64,000 nt of DNA, from positions 124,001 to 188,000 of the forward strand of contig OZ025751.1 in assembly GCA_964019335.1 (NCBI GenBank), written 5' to 3'. The notes under the pieces were generated by a model that saw only the letters and a program-made list of their open reading frames with translations, ran no database searches and was not told where the DNA came from. Below, piece after piece: positions 1 to 12,066 of the stretch. The position numbers were made by a program, and so were the translations under genes. This DNA is from Diplonema japonicum. Taxonomy: Eukaryota; Protista; Euglenozoa: Diplonemea. How positions within the stretch are numbered: the stretch's first letter is position 1; each line of letters starts with the position of its first letter.

Positions 1-26
1 AGGCAGGGGAAAAAAAAAATGGGGGC

Positions 27-62
<36 letters not shown>

Positions 63-131
63 GTAACGAAGCGAGGGAAAAACAAAAAGCTACCAATTTG
101 CCTCTCTCTCCCCAAAGAAAAAGAAATCGAA

Positions 132-162
<31 letters not shown>

Positions 163-1000
163 GAAGTGGTCACTTTAAAAACCTCAGCACTGCCCAGAAG
201 AGGATACACTTAGTGCTGCGATCCGTGAATGCTCCCAGAGAAAGAACGAAAAGTGAGGTTTGTGTCCTCCTCTCCTCTGCATATTTCTTATTTTCTTAAA
301 GGATATACTCGATTGTCGGCTTTGTCCAGTAATTTAATTAAAAAAAAAGAATAAAAAGCACAACTTGCATCGTAAGTACCCTGTAACGGCCGTTGGAGGG
401 AAGGGGGGAGGGAGGGCAAAAAAAAAAGCATAAAAACACTAAAGTAGGTCCCCCCCCCCCCCCCATCCCATGAGGCTAGTAAAGAAAAAGGTTTTTTCTT
501 TTTTTTTTCTGGAAAAAAAAAATTGTATGCAAACAAGAATAAAAAACAATAGGAATGGGGAAGGTATTTTTTTTTTTTTTTTCTCTTTCCTTTTTTTTTT
601 TTTTTTTTTTGTCAGATTGAATTTATAGCAAGTAATACCTTAATATCCAATGCGTAAGTAAATGAGTAAAGGAAAAAGTTTTTTTTTTTTTTCCTCTTGT
701 AAAATGAAAATGAACTCCCGCTCACGTGTGGGTGCCTGCCACCACAAGGTGAACTTTCGCCCCTCACCCCACATTCCCCCACTTTCTCATATGCCTGGGC
801 CCGAAAGAAGAAGAGGGTATTCTTATGTCCCGCCCCTCTTTTTCTTCTTGAAGACCCCGTCTTTGAATAAAGAAAAATGAGAAAAAGGGGGACCAACAAA
901 AAACCTTTTTATTTTTTAGGGTTAAGATCAAGTGTTTTTTTGGGAGGGGGGCGTCGTCTTTGTGCGACATGAGAAAAAGTAATCGTAAAATAAAAAAAAA

Positions 1001-1326
1001 ATATATGAGTTAAAGGAGGCCGGTGTTGGCGGCGCCCTGCACAAGAACTGTCTACTTGATTACAGGGGGCGCACCGCGGCCGAGTTGTAGCTTCTTCTGC
1101 GTTCCGCGTCGTGTCCTTAATGCGTGCGGTGTACAGCTCAACCCCAGCCGGTGCGTCCCGGGTAACCAAGATTCTGCGCTCGTGCAGTTTGCTGCCTGTT
1201 CGTCACCCTGAGCATCTGCATTATGTTCTTCCACTCGGGCGCTACCGGTGATGACCGACGAGGAGGTCAACAGCGAACAACACATCTGATCTTTTTCTTA
1301 TATTTTCATGTTATCCCCACCACCTG
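1001..1326 (-). mobile_element. Dispersed ~325-bp non-coding repeat (family A), SINE/SIDER-like, apparently full-length copy
   Basis: Alignable by eye to 43761-44028 (opposite orientation) and 44132-44389; its end (atatatgagttaaaggaggccggtgttggcggcgccct) recurs exactly at 29308-29345. Strand is arbitrary and no credible ORF is present. Confidence 0.75.
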
Positions 1327-1540
1327 AAAAAAAAAATAAAATAAAAAAGGGAACTGGCAGTTGTTTATGTATTGTTTTAAAAAAAAAAAAGAATTTTTTT
1401 CTTCGTACTTCCCTATCGTGATTTAAGCAAACCATCGAACATCTACTTGTCGCATGGCTACATGCAACGCCTCTGGTCCAAAAGTACTGCCAGTGATTCA
1501 AATTACGAAGGGGAGGGAGGGGGGGTTTCACAAAAAAGAA

Positions 1541-1605
1541 AAACTACTTACCTACCGCCAAAAGGAGCCATAACTTAAACTCATTATTTGTTAGTAATAA
1601 ATAGC
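1541..1605 (+). mobile_element. Terminal remnant of a Crypton-like element related to family B
   Basis: aaaac-tacttacctaccgcca...tcattatttgttagtaataaatagc matches the end of the 47787-48474 element (aaaac-cacttacctaccgcca...tcattacttgttggcagtaaatagc). Confidence 0.5.
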
Positions 1606-3703
1606 TTTTCTTTTTTTTTTTTCCCAGTCCAAAAAAAAAAAAGAGAGAGAAAAGAATATATATAAACACACATAGCTTGAGGTAGAGGGAAGGGGAAAGA
1701 ACTTTTTTTTTTTCTTTAGCCAAAACATTGCAGTCTCTTTTTTTTTTTTTTTTTTTCCTTCTTTTTTTTACTGACGGCGGCCGGTTAAAACTTACCTAAC
1801 CGGGGGAAGGGGGAGAGGCTGGATGGAAAAAAAAAAAAAAAATTAAAAAGGTTAGTAAAAAAGAAATATGCATGGTTTTGCGAAGGGAGAAGGGGAAGAA
1901 AAATAAAAATTCGATAAAATTTCAGTGTGCAGGGGGGGGGGGGGGGAAGGGGGAGCTCACTGTAAGTGGGGGAAATACGAGAATGGGCGCACAATTTAAC
2001 AATCCCTTCTTTTGTTTTTTTTTTGTTTTACGTCTATTCGTTTTTTTTTCTTTTTTTTTTTGCTTGTTCCACAACAACAATCCAACACAGGTAAAAAATG
2101 GGGGGGGGTGAGCATCTAGTCAAAAGGTGAGAGGGGGGGGGGGGGGGGGGTTTCTTCGTTTTTTCCCTTCTTTTTTTTCCCTCATTTGATTTTGGAGAGA
2201 TTCAGTCGGTACACGGAGGGGGGGGGGGGAGAGAAAAGGCCCACATCGATAAATTTGTCAAAAATATTTATCTCCCTCCCCCCCTCCCCCCAATTCCCAT
2301 TCTGCCATTGTAAAGAGGAAAGAACATTGCCAAAACGCGAAAGAGGAGAGAAGAAGAAAAAAAAAAGAGAAATTGTAGAAGTATACAACAGGAAATGCAG
2401 CTTCTTTTTTTTTGCGTTTTTTTTTGCACATTTCTTCCACTCTCCCCCCCCCCCCCCCCTTCTTGTTTTTTTTTTTCTTGGTTCTTTTTTTTTGAATAAA
2501 AAAGGATGCCTACCACCCTGGATGGGACGGGGGAAATGATTTTTTTTTAAAGGGGAGAAATGAAGGGGAGGGGGGAGGGGAAGAGAGAAAAAAAAGAGTT
2601 TGCGGACAACACGGGTTAATCCTTTTCTTTTTTTTTTCTCCCATTTTTTTTTTTTTTTTTTAAACAATGAAGTTCTGGAAAAGAGTTTTTTCTAGAGGTT
2701 TCTTCGGCCTTTTCTTTGATGTCAGGCTGGTTTCACCCAGGCACAGAAGAAGAAAAAGAATGGCGTTGCCAGTATTCACAATTCTTAGAGAAAAAAAAAA
2801 AAGAAAGAATTGCTACATAGAACCGCGCGTGGGCTTGTGAAGGTAAAGAAGGGGAATAAAAAGGTGGAAAAAAAAAAAGAGAAAGTGAGGCACAAAAGAG
2901 AGGAAAAAAAAAGGGGCAAATTAGGGGTTTTAAGAAGTGACATCAATTCTCTCCCCCACTTTTTTTTTTTAAAAAAGTCCTCTCCCCTCCCCTTCCTCCC
3001 CCCAGTGCCTCGTAGATTCACATAAGGCAACAGAATTTTATGTACTTAATTTATTCCTCTTTTTTGTTTTCGCCCCCTTCACTTCCCCAATTTCACTTCT
3101 TTTTCAGGTGTTTCTTCTACTCAATTTTCACTTTTTATTATTCTTATTTGTTTTTTTTTTTTTTTTTTAGAAACACAAAACAGAAACCAGAAGAACGGAT
3201 AAGAAAAAAACAAAGGGGGGGAGGGGGCATGGAAAAAAATGAAAAATAAACCCCCTAAAATGAAATAGAAAAAAAAAATAAGGGGGGAGGAAGAGGGAAG
3301 AGACACCAGTGAGTTGCTTCCTCTTCTTCTCTTTCTTCTTCTTCTTTTTTTTATCCCCCCATTCATTTTTTTTTAAAAAAAGAAACCTTTTTTTTTTATA
3401 ATTTGGTTTCCCTTTTTTTACATTTTTTTACCCCCCCTTTTTTGTTGTTCAAAAAAAAATATTTCTTTTTTCCCCCCCCCTTTTTTTTCCTTTATTTCCC
3501 ACTCTTCCTCTCCACCCCAATTCCATCGGATTTTTTTTTTTTTTTTTGGAAAAGGGGGGAGTTTAGAGAGGGGAGAACAAAACAAAAAAAAAAACGAAGG
3601 AGAGAAGGCTTATATGGGAAGGGGGGGGGGGAGAAAATAAAAAATAAAAAAAATAAAAATAAAAAAGAAGGAAGAAGGGGGTGTGAGAGAGGAGGAGGAG
3701 GAA

Positions 3704-5209
3704 CTATATTTTTCTAATTGGTGCCTGCACAGGATTAATCGCACAATCAGGAGGCATCAGGGGAACGGGAAGCTGAGGAAACGACGCGTACCCAAAACAC
3801 GAAGGAACTGCCGGCAAGCCCAAGCCGACACCTTGGTAGGACTGATGGCCATACCCATTAACGCTATTGGCCCCGGAAGAACTAGATATTTGAGAAAAAA
3901 TTGCCGACTCCGCAGAAGTTGAGCTCGTGTCCGTGTCCGACGAAATGGTATCGTCCTCTGCTGCAAGAGGCATCAAACTCCCAGCAGACAGAGAAATATC
4001 ACCCAACAACATCCCATCAAACTTCACAGTCACCATTTTTGACGCAGAAGAGATGCCAGTTATCGTGCCTTTCAGACTTTCATTCCCGGTCCCCTCAATT
4101 TTAAGATTGAGTTCTGTGGAATAAACCCGCATGCCCACACAAAAAGTAGGCGATGAACTAGAAACAGGCGATGCAGGGAACAACCCGTTCCCGGGCCGCT
4201 TCCCAGGTGGGACGTACTTCTTGGGTAGAGTCGACTTAGATGCTTCCACTGCCATAGATGAGGTGGTGACACCGACAACGGGAATTGGAGAGACCGGCGG
4301 AGAAGGAATCGATGAGCTGGCATCGCTTGATTCCAGAATATCCGAAAAATTTTTGTCGGAACGGATCATCGCTGCTGCTCGGCGGCACTCTTTTACAACA
4401 TCGTGCCACATTCCCCTTCGAGTTGATGAAGCGAGGTTGTTGCCCTTTTTACCAGGATCCTCGAGGAATAGTGGTTTCTCACTTTTTGTTTCTTCGTGTT
4501 CGCCTGTTTCCAAGCTGCATCTTAAAGCCGCACGGTCGCCTTTTGCACCGCCGATCCACGCGAAGAAATTAGTGAGAAGCTCAGCGGTGGGTGGCGGGTT
4601 GCTACAACCTTTCCAGGATTGGATACCCACCACAGGCGGGATCAATTCCAATGATTGGCAATACGAAACAACCAACGCCACCCACGAGATAGAGTTTAAA
4701 AACCCTTCATAAGCACCGACAACTTTTCTGCGTTGCGCCCAATGCTTCACAACATATATAGTGGGGAGGATGGTAGGGTTGCATGTGATTAGAGATGATA
4801 TAATTTCGTCAGTTTTACCTGTGTGTTCTGACGATACAGAAATATCGATTGTGATATTTGACGCGAGATGGAGGAAACGCAAGACGGGGACAGATGCTTG
4901 CAAGCAAGAGTGCGTGCCTTTTAAACCGGATTCTGGGTGAGCATCGACATGTTTTGAAAGTCTTCGCAAGTGGTACGCGTCGCCCAATACCCTCATTCGT
5001 TTTGGGAAGCCCAGGCCAACGTCGAGGTCGGAAGAGCTAATCGCTGTTTGTTGCAGGTAAGACCCCGTCACCTTCACCTCCGCGTCCCCTGCCCATAATT
5101 TTTGACACACCCCATGGATGCTGGCATACGCCTCTGAATAATCCCGCGGTTTAAGCGAATCCACTATGTCCGTCAGTTCCTTATACAGTACCCACGCTCG
5201 GCCGTCCAT
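3704..5209 (-). CDS. Cid1/TUTase-family terminal nucleotidyltransferase with a C-terminal SH3-like beta module
   Basis: 501-aa ORF with Pol-beta motif TGSY..SSSDLDV, VPVLRF, third Asp in TIDIS, VKHWAQRR and PAP-associated LFLEDP...NNLA. Confidence 0.85.
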   Translation of the reverse strand: MDGRAWVLYKELTDIVDSLKPRDYSEAYASIHGVCQKLWAGDAEVKVTGSYLQQTAISSSDLDVGLGFPKRMRVLGDAYHLRRLSKHVDAHPESGLKGTHSCLQASVPVLRFLHLASNITIDISVSSEHTGKTDEIISSLITCNPTILPTIYVVKHWAQRRKVVGAYEGFLNSISWVALVVSYCQSLELIPPVVGIQSWKGCSNPPPTAELLTNFFAWIGGAKGDRAALRCSLETGEHEETKSEKPLFLEDPGKKGNNLASSTRRGMWHDVVKECRRAAAMIRSDKNFSDILESSDASSSIPSPPVSPIPVVGVTTSSMAVEASKSTLPKKYVPPGKRPGNGLFPASPVSSSSPTFCVGMRVYSTELNLKIEGTGNESLKGTITGISSASKMVTVKFDGMLLGDISLSAGSLMPLAAEDDTISSDTDTSSTSAESAIFSQISSSSGANSVNGYGHQSYQGVGLGLPAVPSCFGYASFPQLPVPLMPPDCAINPVQAPIRKI

Positions 5210-5281
5210 GACCGTTTCTTTTTTTTTTTTTTCCCTTTTTTTTTTTTTTTTTTTTTTCTCCTGTATGTTTTTTTAACGAGT

Positions 5282-5320
<39 letters not shown>

Positions 5321-5361
5321 TTTTTTTTTTTTCAGAAACAACAATTGATCCCTTTTTTTTC

Positions 5362-5734
5362 TTAGTTCTTCCTCAGGAGCTTCCTGGGGGGGGTCCTGAT
5401 CTTCCTGGTGGCCACAGACCTCACACGGACTTGCCTGGAGTGGATGGCGCAGGAGATGCAGCTTGCGATCTTAAGGTACATCTTGGGAAGGGAGTAGTTG
5501 GGGATGGCGCTGGCCTCGGACATATCCCTAACGGCAGCGGCCTCCACCATGTTCCTGACGATGAACCTCTTGCAGGCCTTGTCCTTGGGCACCTGGTATT
5601 TGTGTGTGTTGGGAGAGGGAAAAAAAAAAAAAAAAAAAAAAACAAACCATCTTTGCGCAGTTGTTGCATCTCAGGGACACGGTGTGACCCCTACCCTTCT
5701 TGTTCCTTCCGTGGCTCCTTCTCTTGACAGTCAT
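5362..5734 (-). CDS. RPS26: 40S ribosomal protein S26 (eS26), 2 exons
   Basis: [25 protein letters not shown]|[10 protein letters not shown]...[15 protein letters not shown]; GT-AG intron at 5593-5647 (55 nt). Confidence 0.97.
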
Positions 5735-6561
5735 GTTGAGTTTGTGTTTAAGAAATCTGAGGTAATTATGGTGTTTTTTTTTTTTTTTTTTTGAGTAGCC
5801 ATAGCACGGGGGCATTTTTTTTGGGGGGGTAAATAAAAATAAAAAAGATTAGCACACAAATAATAAAGTTTTTTTTTGGGGGGATGAGACGGGGGAGAAG
5901 TGAACAAAGAGAAGTAAAAAAAAAAAGAAAAAAAAGAGGGAAAGGGGTAGGCATGAATCGATAGAATATCTTTTTTTTTCTTCTTTTTTTTTTTCAAGCA
6001 ACTTCTCATTTTTTGGGAGGGGGGGGGGGGGGCGAGGAATAAAGAGTAACGTGAGACAGAAAGGGTAAAAAAACTTATCAATAAAGGGGGAAGGGGGGTA
6101 TAAAAAAATTCTTTCATTTTGTTTTTTTTTTTCTTTTTTATTTTTTTTAAATTTTTCAAAAAAAAACTTTTAATTGCGAGTTGGGGTAACATGTGCCCAC
6201 CCCTCATTTTGTTTTTTTTTTTAAATATTTTTCCCCTGATCTTTTTTTTTTCTTTTTTCTTGCTTTTTTTTATATTTTCTCCTGGAAGAAAAAAAAATTA
6301 CAGAAAAAAAGAACAGAAAAAGAGAGAGAAAAAAAGAAGAAGAAGACTAGGTAACCCTAGTTGGTTTGCGTTTTTTTTTTTTTTTTTTTTTTTTTGGGAA
6401 TGGGGAAAAGAAAAAGAAAAGGAAAAAGAAAAGAGTATACACACTAAATACCCCCCCCCAAAAAAAATCACCCCCTTTTTTTTTTCTAATTCCTTTTTTT
6501 TTAAAAAAGAAAAACCGTTTTATACTGTTCTCACCCCCCTTTCCCCCCCCCTTTTTTTTTC

Positions 6562-8587
6562 TCACGCAGTAGGCGGAAGCTCATCTTCAAGATAGCAATA
6601 TTTGAACGTGAAATCCTTCCTGAACCGCGATGTCCACCCATCTTCAAAATCAAAGTACACATAAGTACCTTGCTCGAAGCTGTGAGTTTTTTTTTTTTTT
6701 TTTTTTTTTCCCTCCCATACTCTTCATTCACCACAGCAGGGGGGTCCGCTCTTTGGAACCAAGTCAAATACTTCTTATGGAATCTCCAACTCTGCCGTTT
6801 CAGCTCCTTGGCAGCAAGGTATTGTTGGTAAGTACTCTGCTGATAATAGAAAATAAAGAACAGAGTGTCGGTATCGAACCGGGTGAAGCTGTCAGGCTGC
6901 TCAAACGACGGATGAGGCTGCTGAGGGTAGTAAGAAAGAGTTTTGTACGGGTTGGGCGGCACGTAACTGTTTTTTTTTTTTTTTTTCCCTTTTTTTTTTT
7001 TTTTTCTTTTACATACGGACACCTTTTCCTCGTGTCCTCCGGCACCGGCAGGTTATTTTGCGATTGCGCCAGCATTTTCTGGATGCCCACCTTAGCCTCG
7101 TCGCTCATTGTAGGTGAGGGTGGTGCCCTAGCATACCCGCTGCTGGACACGGATGCAGACGAATCAGCAGTCGGTGTACCAGGATGCCTTTGCTGCGATG
7201 CAGCCTTCACGGCTGTGGGGGTCAACGGTGACGAAGGAACAGAGTCTCTCGGCTTGCTTCTCGAAACCGGCTGCACCGCAGTAGGTGTCGTCACCCTCGG
7301 CGGCACGGCTGCAGTAGTCGGTGTGGTGGTAGGGGTTGTTGTCGGTGTGGCTGTTGGTGTTGTTGATGATGCTTGTGGGGGCTGCACAGTCTGCACCTGT
7401 GCGGGTGGTGCCACCACCGCTGCCGGCTGCGGTTTCTTCGCAGCCGCCGCCGAAGGCGGCGGTTGCGAAGAAACTGCTGTTTGCGGTTTCGCAACCTGCG
7501 CGTAATTCGGTGCGGCTGGGTTCACAGTCGCTGGTTGTTGTTGTTGCTGCTGTTGTTGCTTCGGGACCTGTGTTGCCGTCGGCGGTACCTCGCCCACCTT
7601 CGCTCCACCAAGTCCCTGCGAAGGCGGGGTCGGCATGCACGGTGTTGTCGGTGTTCCGACCTTTGAATCGCTGTCTTCACCTTTTTTCTTTCTCTTCTCG
7701 GGTTTTTTAATAACGGCGGTTGCCGCCACCGCCGCCGTGGCGGCGGCGGCGACAGGGGTCGCGGGGGCGGCGGGAGCCGCCCCCGCGGTTCCGGTTGCTG
7801 CCGCAACCGGTGTTGTGGTACTTGTTGGTGTCGCAACGCTTTCTTCCTTTTTATCAATTGCCGGTTGAGTTGGAGTATCCGGGAAAACATCGTCAAGATC
7901 GTCGGGAACGGTGTCGTCATAGACCCCTTCCACCTCCATTGGTTCATAATCGGCGTCTTGGTTGTACTTAACATATGAATTGAGGAGGTCTTGAATGGGT
8001 TCGACCTCTTCATGGGTGACTTGTTCGTTGTCGAGCATTCTGAGGAGTTGTTCCAGCTTGCCGATGTGGTATTTGTATTGGTGTATACGTTCTCTGGTGG
8101 CTTCGGTGTCGGATCGGTTTGCCCGGCGTTTTGTTTTTCTGCTTGAGGAAACATCCACCTCAGCTTGTTCGAGTTGTTGCTTGAGCTGGTCGATGGTGTA
8201 TGTGAGCCATGACCGGCATTGTTCTTTGGCTACTTCTTCTGGATCTTCTTTTGTCGGGAGAGAGAGGCCTATTTTTGAGAAGGTTTTGATTTTCGCTTCT
8301 CGTTCACATGCTTTGAATTGCTCCATTTTGGCTTCTATGTTTCGTCTCGCTTCATCAATAGATCTCTTGTCTCGAACATCGCTCATCCCCTGCCAAGTTT
8401 TGATCTGGTCCCGCATTCGTTGCAATTTTTTGATCTCTGTTTTCAGTTCTCCCTGAAACCGCTCTTTCAAATTTTGTGTGTGTGTGTTGTGCAGCTTGTG
8501 CCAGATATCGTCAAACAGTTGAATCCCCTCCTGTATTTTTTTGATCGTCCTATCGATCTCGGCCGAGAGTTTCTTATTTTGCGCCAT
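6562..8587 (-). CDS. NOT3: CCR4-NOT subunit NOT3/NOT5, 3 exons
   Basis: N-terminal Not3 domain ([20 protein letters not shown]...[13 protein letters not shown]) and C-terminal NOT box ([52 protein letters not shown]). Introns at 6967-7022 and 6680-6720. Confidence 0.95.
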
Positions 8588-8706
8588 TTTTTTTTTCCCC
8601 TCTTTTTTTTTTTTGGAACCCCACCCCCTGGATTTTTTTTTTTTTTTTTTTTGGAACGGGAAAAAAAAAAAAAAAGTGCACTCTGAGTTTATATAAGGTA
8701 TTGGAG

Positions 8707-8749
<43 letters not shown>

Positions 8750-8818
8750 ACAAGGAGTGGGAAGAAGTGGTAGGGGAGAGGATTTTCTTGCTTCTTTTTT
8801 TTTTTTTTTAAATTACAA

Positions 8819-9507
8819 GTTTTATATAACTCGAGCTGGGTTTTCAAGGGTGGGAGTGAAAATTAATATTTTACTTTATGTCACTCACAGCTTTATTTTC
8901 ACTCCCAGTTACCTTGAAATTAGGCCCAGGAGTGACATAATGTTCGAGCGTGAAATAATGTAACATTATTTCACTCCTGGGCCTAATTTCACCTATTCCA
9001 CCTAGGTTTAGGGCAAGTTACAGCAAGATCAACGCCATCACCCAACGAAACTTCGGTAAAAAAATGCAGAGCTTTCCCGGGGTTGCACTTCTTTTGAAGA
9101 AGGCCATGAGACGAAAAAAAAGCTTCGGTGTTAAGTCAGGAACAAATGAAAGAGTATCTGGCAGTGAAATTCAGCGACCCCTACAACGTGTGTCAGGCAT
9201 ATGCAGCTTGCATGTTTGCAAGCGGGATGAGGACAAAAGAGTCGCACAAACTGAAATTTAGCGACGTTGTCTCTCCCACACACTGTAACCCAAATCCCAA
9301 CCCTGTAACCTCCCACCCTTTCAAACCCGGCTCTTGTTAAATAAAACAACGTATTAGTGAAAATAAGAGCATGATTCCACTTGTGGTGTAACTCGTAGCT
9401 TTTTACTTCACTCGCTGCGCTCGTGAAGTGAACTACGATCCCTACTCGTTAAACCCCCTGCCACCACGCGTGAAATAATGCTATCTTATTTTCACTTAAT
9501 AAATAGC
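8819..9507 (+). mobile_element. Internally deleted tyrosine-recombinase (Crypton-like) DNA element
   Basis: Imperfect ~36-bp inverted repeat (8819-8856 / 9311-9347), 30-bp internal stem (8916-8991), terminal hairpin (9353-9501) ending AAATAGC, and a frameshifted YR box-I fragment (FASGMRTKESHKLKFSDV). Confidence 0.7.
9001..9275 (+). pseudogene. Tyrosine recombinase fragment (frameshifted, truncated after box I)
   Basis: YSKINAITQRNFGKKMQSFPGVALLLK / GHETKK / ASVLSQEQMKEYL...ACMFASGMRTKESHKLKFSDV fits the YR pattern 'L-x3-E ... G-x-R-x2-E-x3-L-x3-D'. Confidence 0.65.
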
Positions 9508-10226
9508 TATTTTTTTTCCCCCCCCTCCTTCTCTTTGAATCCCCCACCTCTTTGGGCGGAGGACGGATGAAAGGGGTATAGTTATGTAAATAAAATGAAA
9601 AAAAGGGGGGGGGAAGAATATAAAATAATTACACGAAAGAGTAGTATTTTTCGAACGAGGGGGGGAAAGAGATGGAAAGAAGAAAAAGCTAAAAAGAAAA
9701 AAGGGGTGGAGGGGGGGGGGGGGGGGGGGGCGAGAGTTACAAAGCAAGTAACATTTTTCTTTTTTTTTGTTCATTGTGCCCCCTCTCCTTTCTTATTCCC
9801 CTCTATATTTTTTTTTTATGTTTCTCGTCTTTTTTTTTTTCTTACCCTGCATTTTGGTTTCCCCCTTTTTTTTTTCGCTCTTGTCTTCTTTCTCCTTTTT
9901 TTCTTTTTTTTAAAAAAAGAGATAACGAAGACAAAATACAGAACAAAAGGAAAAAACAAAAAAACAGGGAGGGGAAAAAAAGAAGAGAAAAAAAAAGCAA
10001 TAAGAGGGGGGTTGTAGAATTGGGACATCCTGGAGGGGAGGGGGGGGGGGGGGGGGAAATACCAGACAAAAAAAAAACGAAGGAAAGAGCTATTCCTTCT
10101 TATTATTCTTCTTCCTTTTTTTATTCTTCTTCCTTTTTTTTTTTTTTAAACACGGGACTTTTGTTAGAGAGGGAAAAAAAAATCACACGGGAAATATCAG
10201 TTTTCAACAGAAGATTCTCTATGGAA

Positions 10227-10266
<40 letters not shown>

Positions 10267-10267
10267 C

Positions 10268-11197
10268 TCATTCATCAAGCAGCGCAGGGGGGGAATCGTC
10301 ATCCTCCATCAACTCCGAAACCAGAGCAGACGGCTGAAAGTACGCCACCGCCAGCCTGTTAAAAGCTGTGATGGAAGCCAATGGTGACTTCCCACCGGGA
10401 GTTGTGGTCACTGGCCCATCCCACCTTTTTAAGGCAGAAGAACAGTGCATAAAGAGATTCTGCACCCGCAACCAGTGGATACAGGAGGTGGTCAGAGAAG
10501 GGCTTTCAGGCCCCATGGAGACAATCAAAACCCCAGAGGAAGGGGGAATACTGGGTATGAGCCCATTAGGTGTAACCACAGCACTTCCAGGCTGATGTTC
10601 CGTACCAAAATACCTGAAGACGCGTTTTAATAAACAACCGTCGCTTTGCCTGGGAAAGAGAGATGAAGTGCAGCTCACCAAAACAATGACAGCCTCAGGG
10701 GTAAGCCCTTCCTTGCATAAAAGCCCGCTTTGCCACAACGTGTGTATGATCATCTTTGAAACCCGCCTTGTCCCGTTTGGAGTTTTTGAGAATGCTGGTG
10801 TGGGGAGGTTGTTTTTTTTTGTCTCTGTTACTCTCACGCCTTCGCAACCGTTCGTGAGAAGAATATCCCCTTCTTCAGTTGTTTGAAATTGTTCTCTTGC
10901 ATCATCCGGTATTTTAAGCACAGATATCGTGTACACCCTTTGGGGGACGGTGACCTCTGCCTGCCAACAGTGATCCCTTATCCCGGGGCCAAGGCACCCT
11001 TCCGCTGCTTTCCACAGAATCTCGCATTTTGCGATGACGGTTTGCGTGTACTCATCGAAGGCTGACAGCTCCAAACCCAGAATAGTGCTGCAGTCATGAT
11101 CTTCCTTGGGGACGAAACCCCTCATCCAGGGAATCCGGTCCTTGTCCCCACGCCACCCCGACATGGCCCCCGCTGACCAGACGTTAGAAGCAGGCAT
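10268..11197 (-). CDS. Hypothetical protein (309 aa)
   Basis: Long homopolymer-free ORF on the gene-bearing strand with an A-tract before the ATG; no recognised domain. Confidence 0.7.
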   Translation of the reverse strand: MPASNVWSAGAMSGWRGDKDRIPWMRGFVPKEDHDCSTILGLELSAFDEYTQTVIAKCEILWKAAEGCLGPGIRDHCWQAEVTVPQRVYTISVLKIPDDAREQFQTTEEGDILLTNGCEGVRVTETKKNNLPTPAFSKTPNGTRRVSKMIIHTLWQSGLLCKEGLTPEAVIVLVSCTSSLFPRQSDGCLLKRVFRYFGTEHQPGSAVVTPNGLIPSIPPSSGVLIVSMGPESPSLTTSCIHWLRVQNLFMHCSSALKRWDGPVTTTPGGKSPLASITAFNRLAVAYFQPSALVSELMEDDDSPPALLDE

Positions 11198-11837
11198 ATT
11201 TTTATTTTTATTATTTTTTTTTTATTTCATTTTTTTTTTCTTTTTTTTTTTCCTCCCCCTTTTGGATATGTTTTTCTTTTGTGAAAAAAAAGAATAATGG
11301 GGGGGGGGGGGAACCACAACTGACAAATAAAAAAAAAAAAAAAAAAAAAGAAATCCCCACATAATTGTAAAAAAAACGAATTTTTTTTTTTCTCTCTTCC
11401 GCTGCAGTCTTTTTTGGTCCTTTTGTATCCTTTCGGTTGCTTCTGATGACTGGATGTGGCCGTTACTGTGGTGTGGGCATGAAGAGGAACTGGAAAGGTT
11501 GCCAGGTAGAAGTTGAACTTCATGAGTGTCCGATAAAAACTCTGCCCAGCCTGTCCACCACAGTGACTTTATGAATAAACGGCCGCAGAAGATCTTTTCG
11601 TCAAGAAAAAGAGGGGGGGTAAAAGAACTGCCGAAATCTTTTTTCGTTTTACAGTGCATAAAAAAAAAAGAAGAGGGGAAAGAAGACTTAATGGGAGGGG
11701 AGAAGGGGGTGTATTTTTTTTAAATTATTATTTTGCCCATTATTGTTTTTGTCCATAGTTTTTTTTTTCTTTTTTTTTCTTTTACATTTTCTTTTTTTTT
11801 TGAGTCCCGAGAAAAAGAATAAAAAAATACACGCGCC

Positions 11838-11868
<31 letters not shown>

Positions 11869-12066
11869 GGCGGGGAGAACGGAGGGGAAAAGAGTGGAGT
11901 CCTCACTTCCTTCCCCCTCCATTTTTTTTTTCAGATTTCAACTCCCCTGCACGGGTTTAAAAAAAAGAACTCTCCCTCCCCCCCCACCCCAATATAAATA
12001 TAACCTATTATCGGAAGCAAAAAAAAAAAAATCTAAAAGAAAAAAAAAAGAATACCCCCCGTGTGC

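Noticed and set aside
288-3700. Many 60-160-aa ORFs rich in K, F, G and P (here and in all spacers)
   Set aside because: They are translations of homopolymer runs, which lack stop codons by chance.
11340-11660. Possible small gene between PEX11 and the 309-aa gene
   Set aside because: The sequence is of normal complexity, but I could not establish a convincing frame, start or homology.
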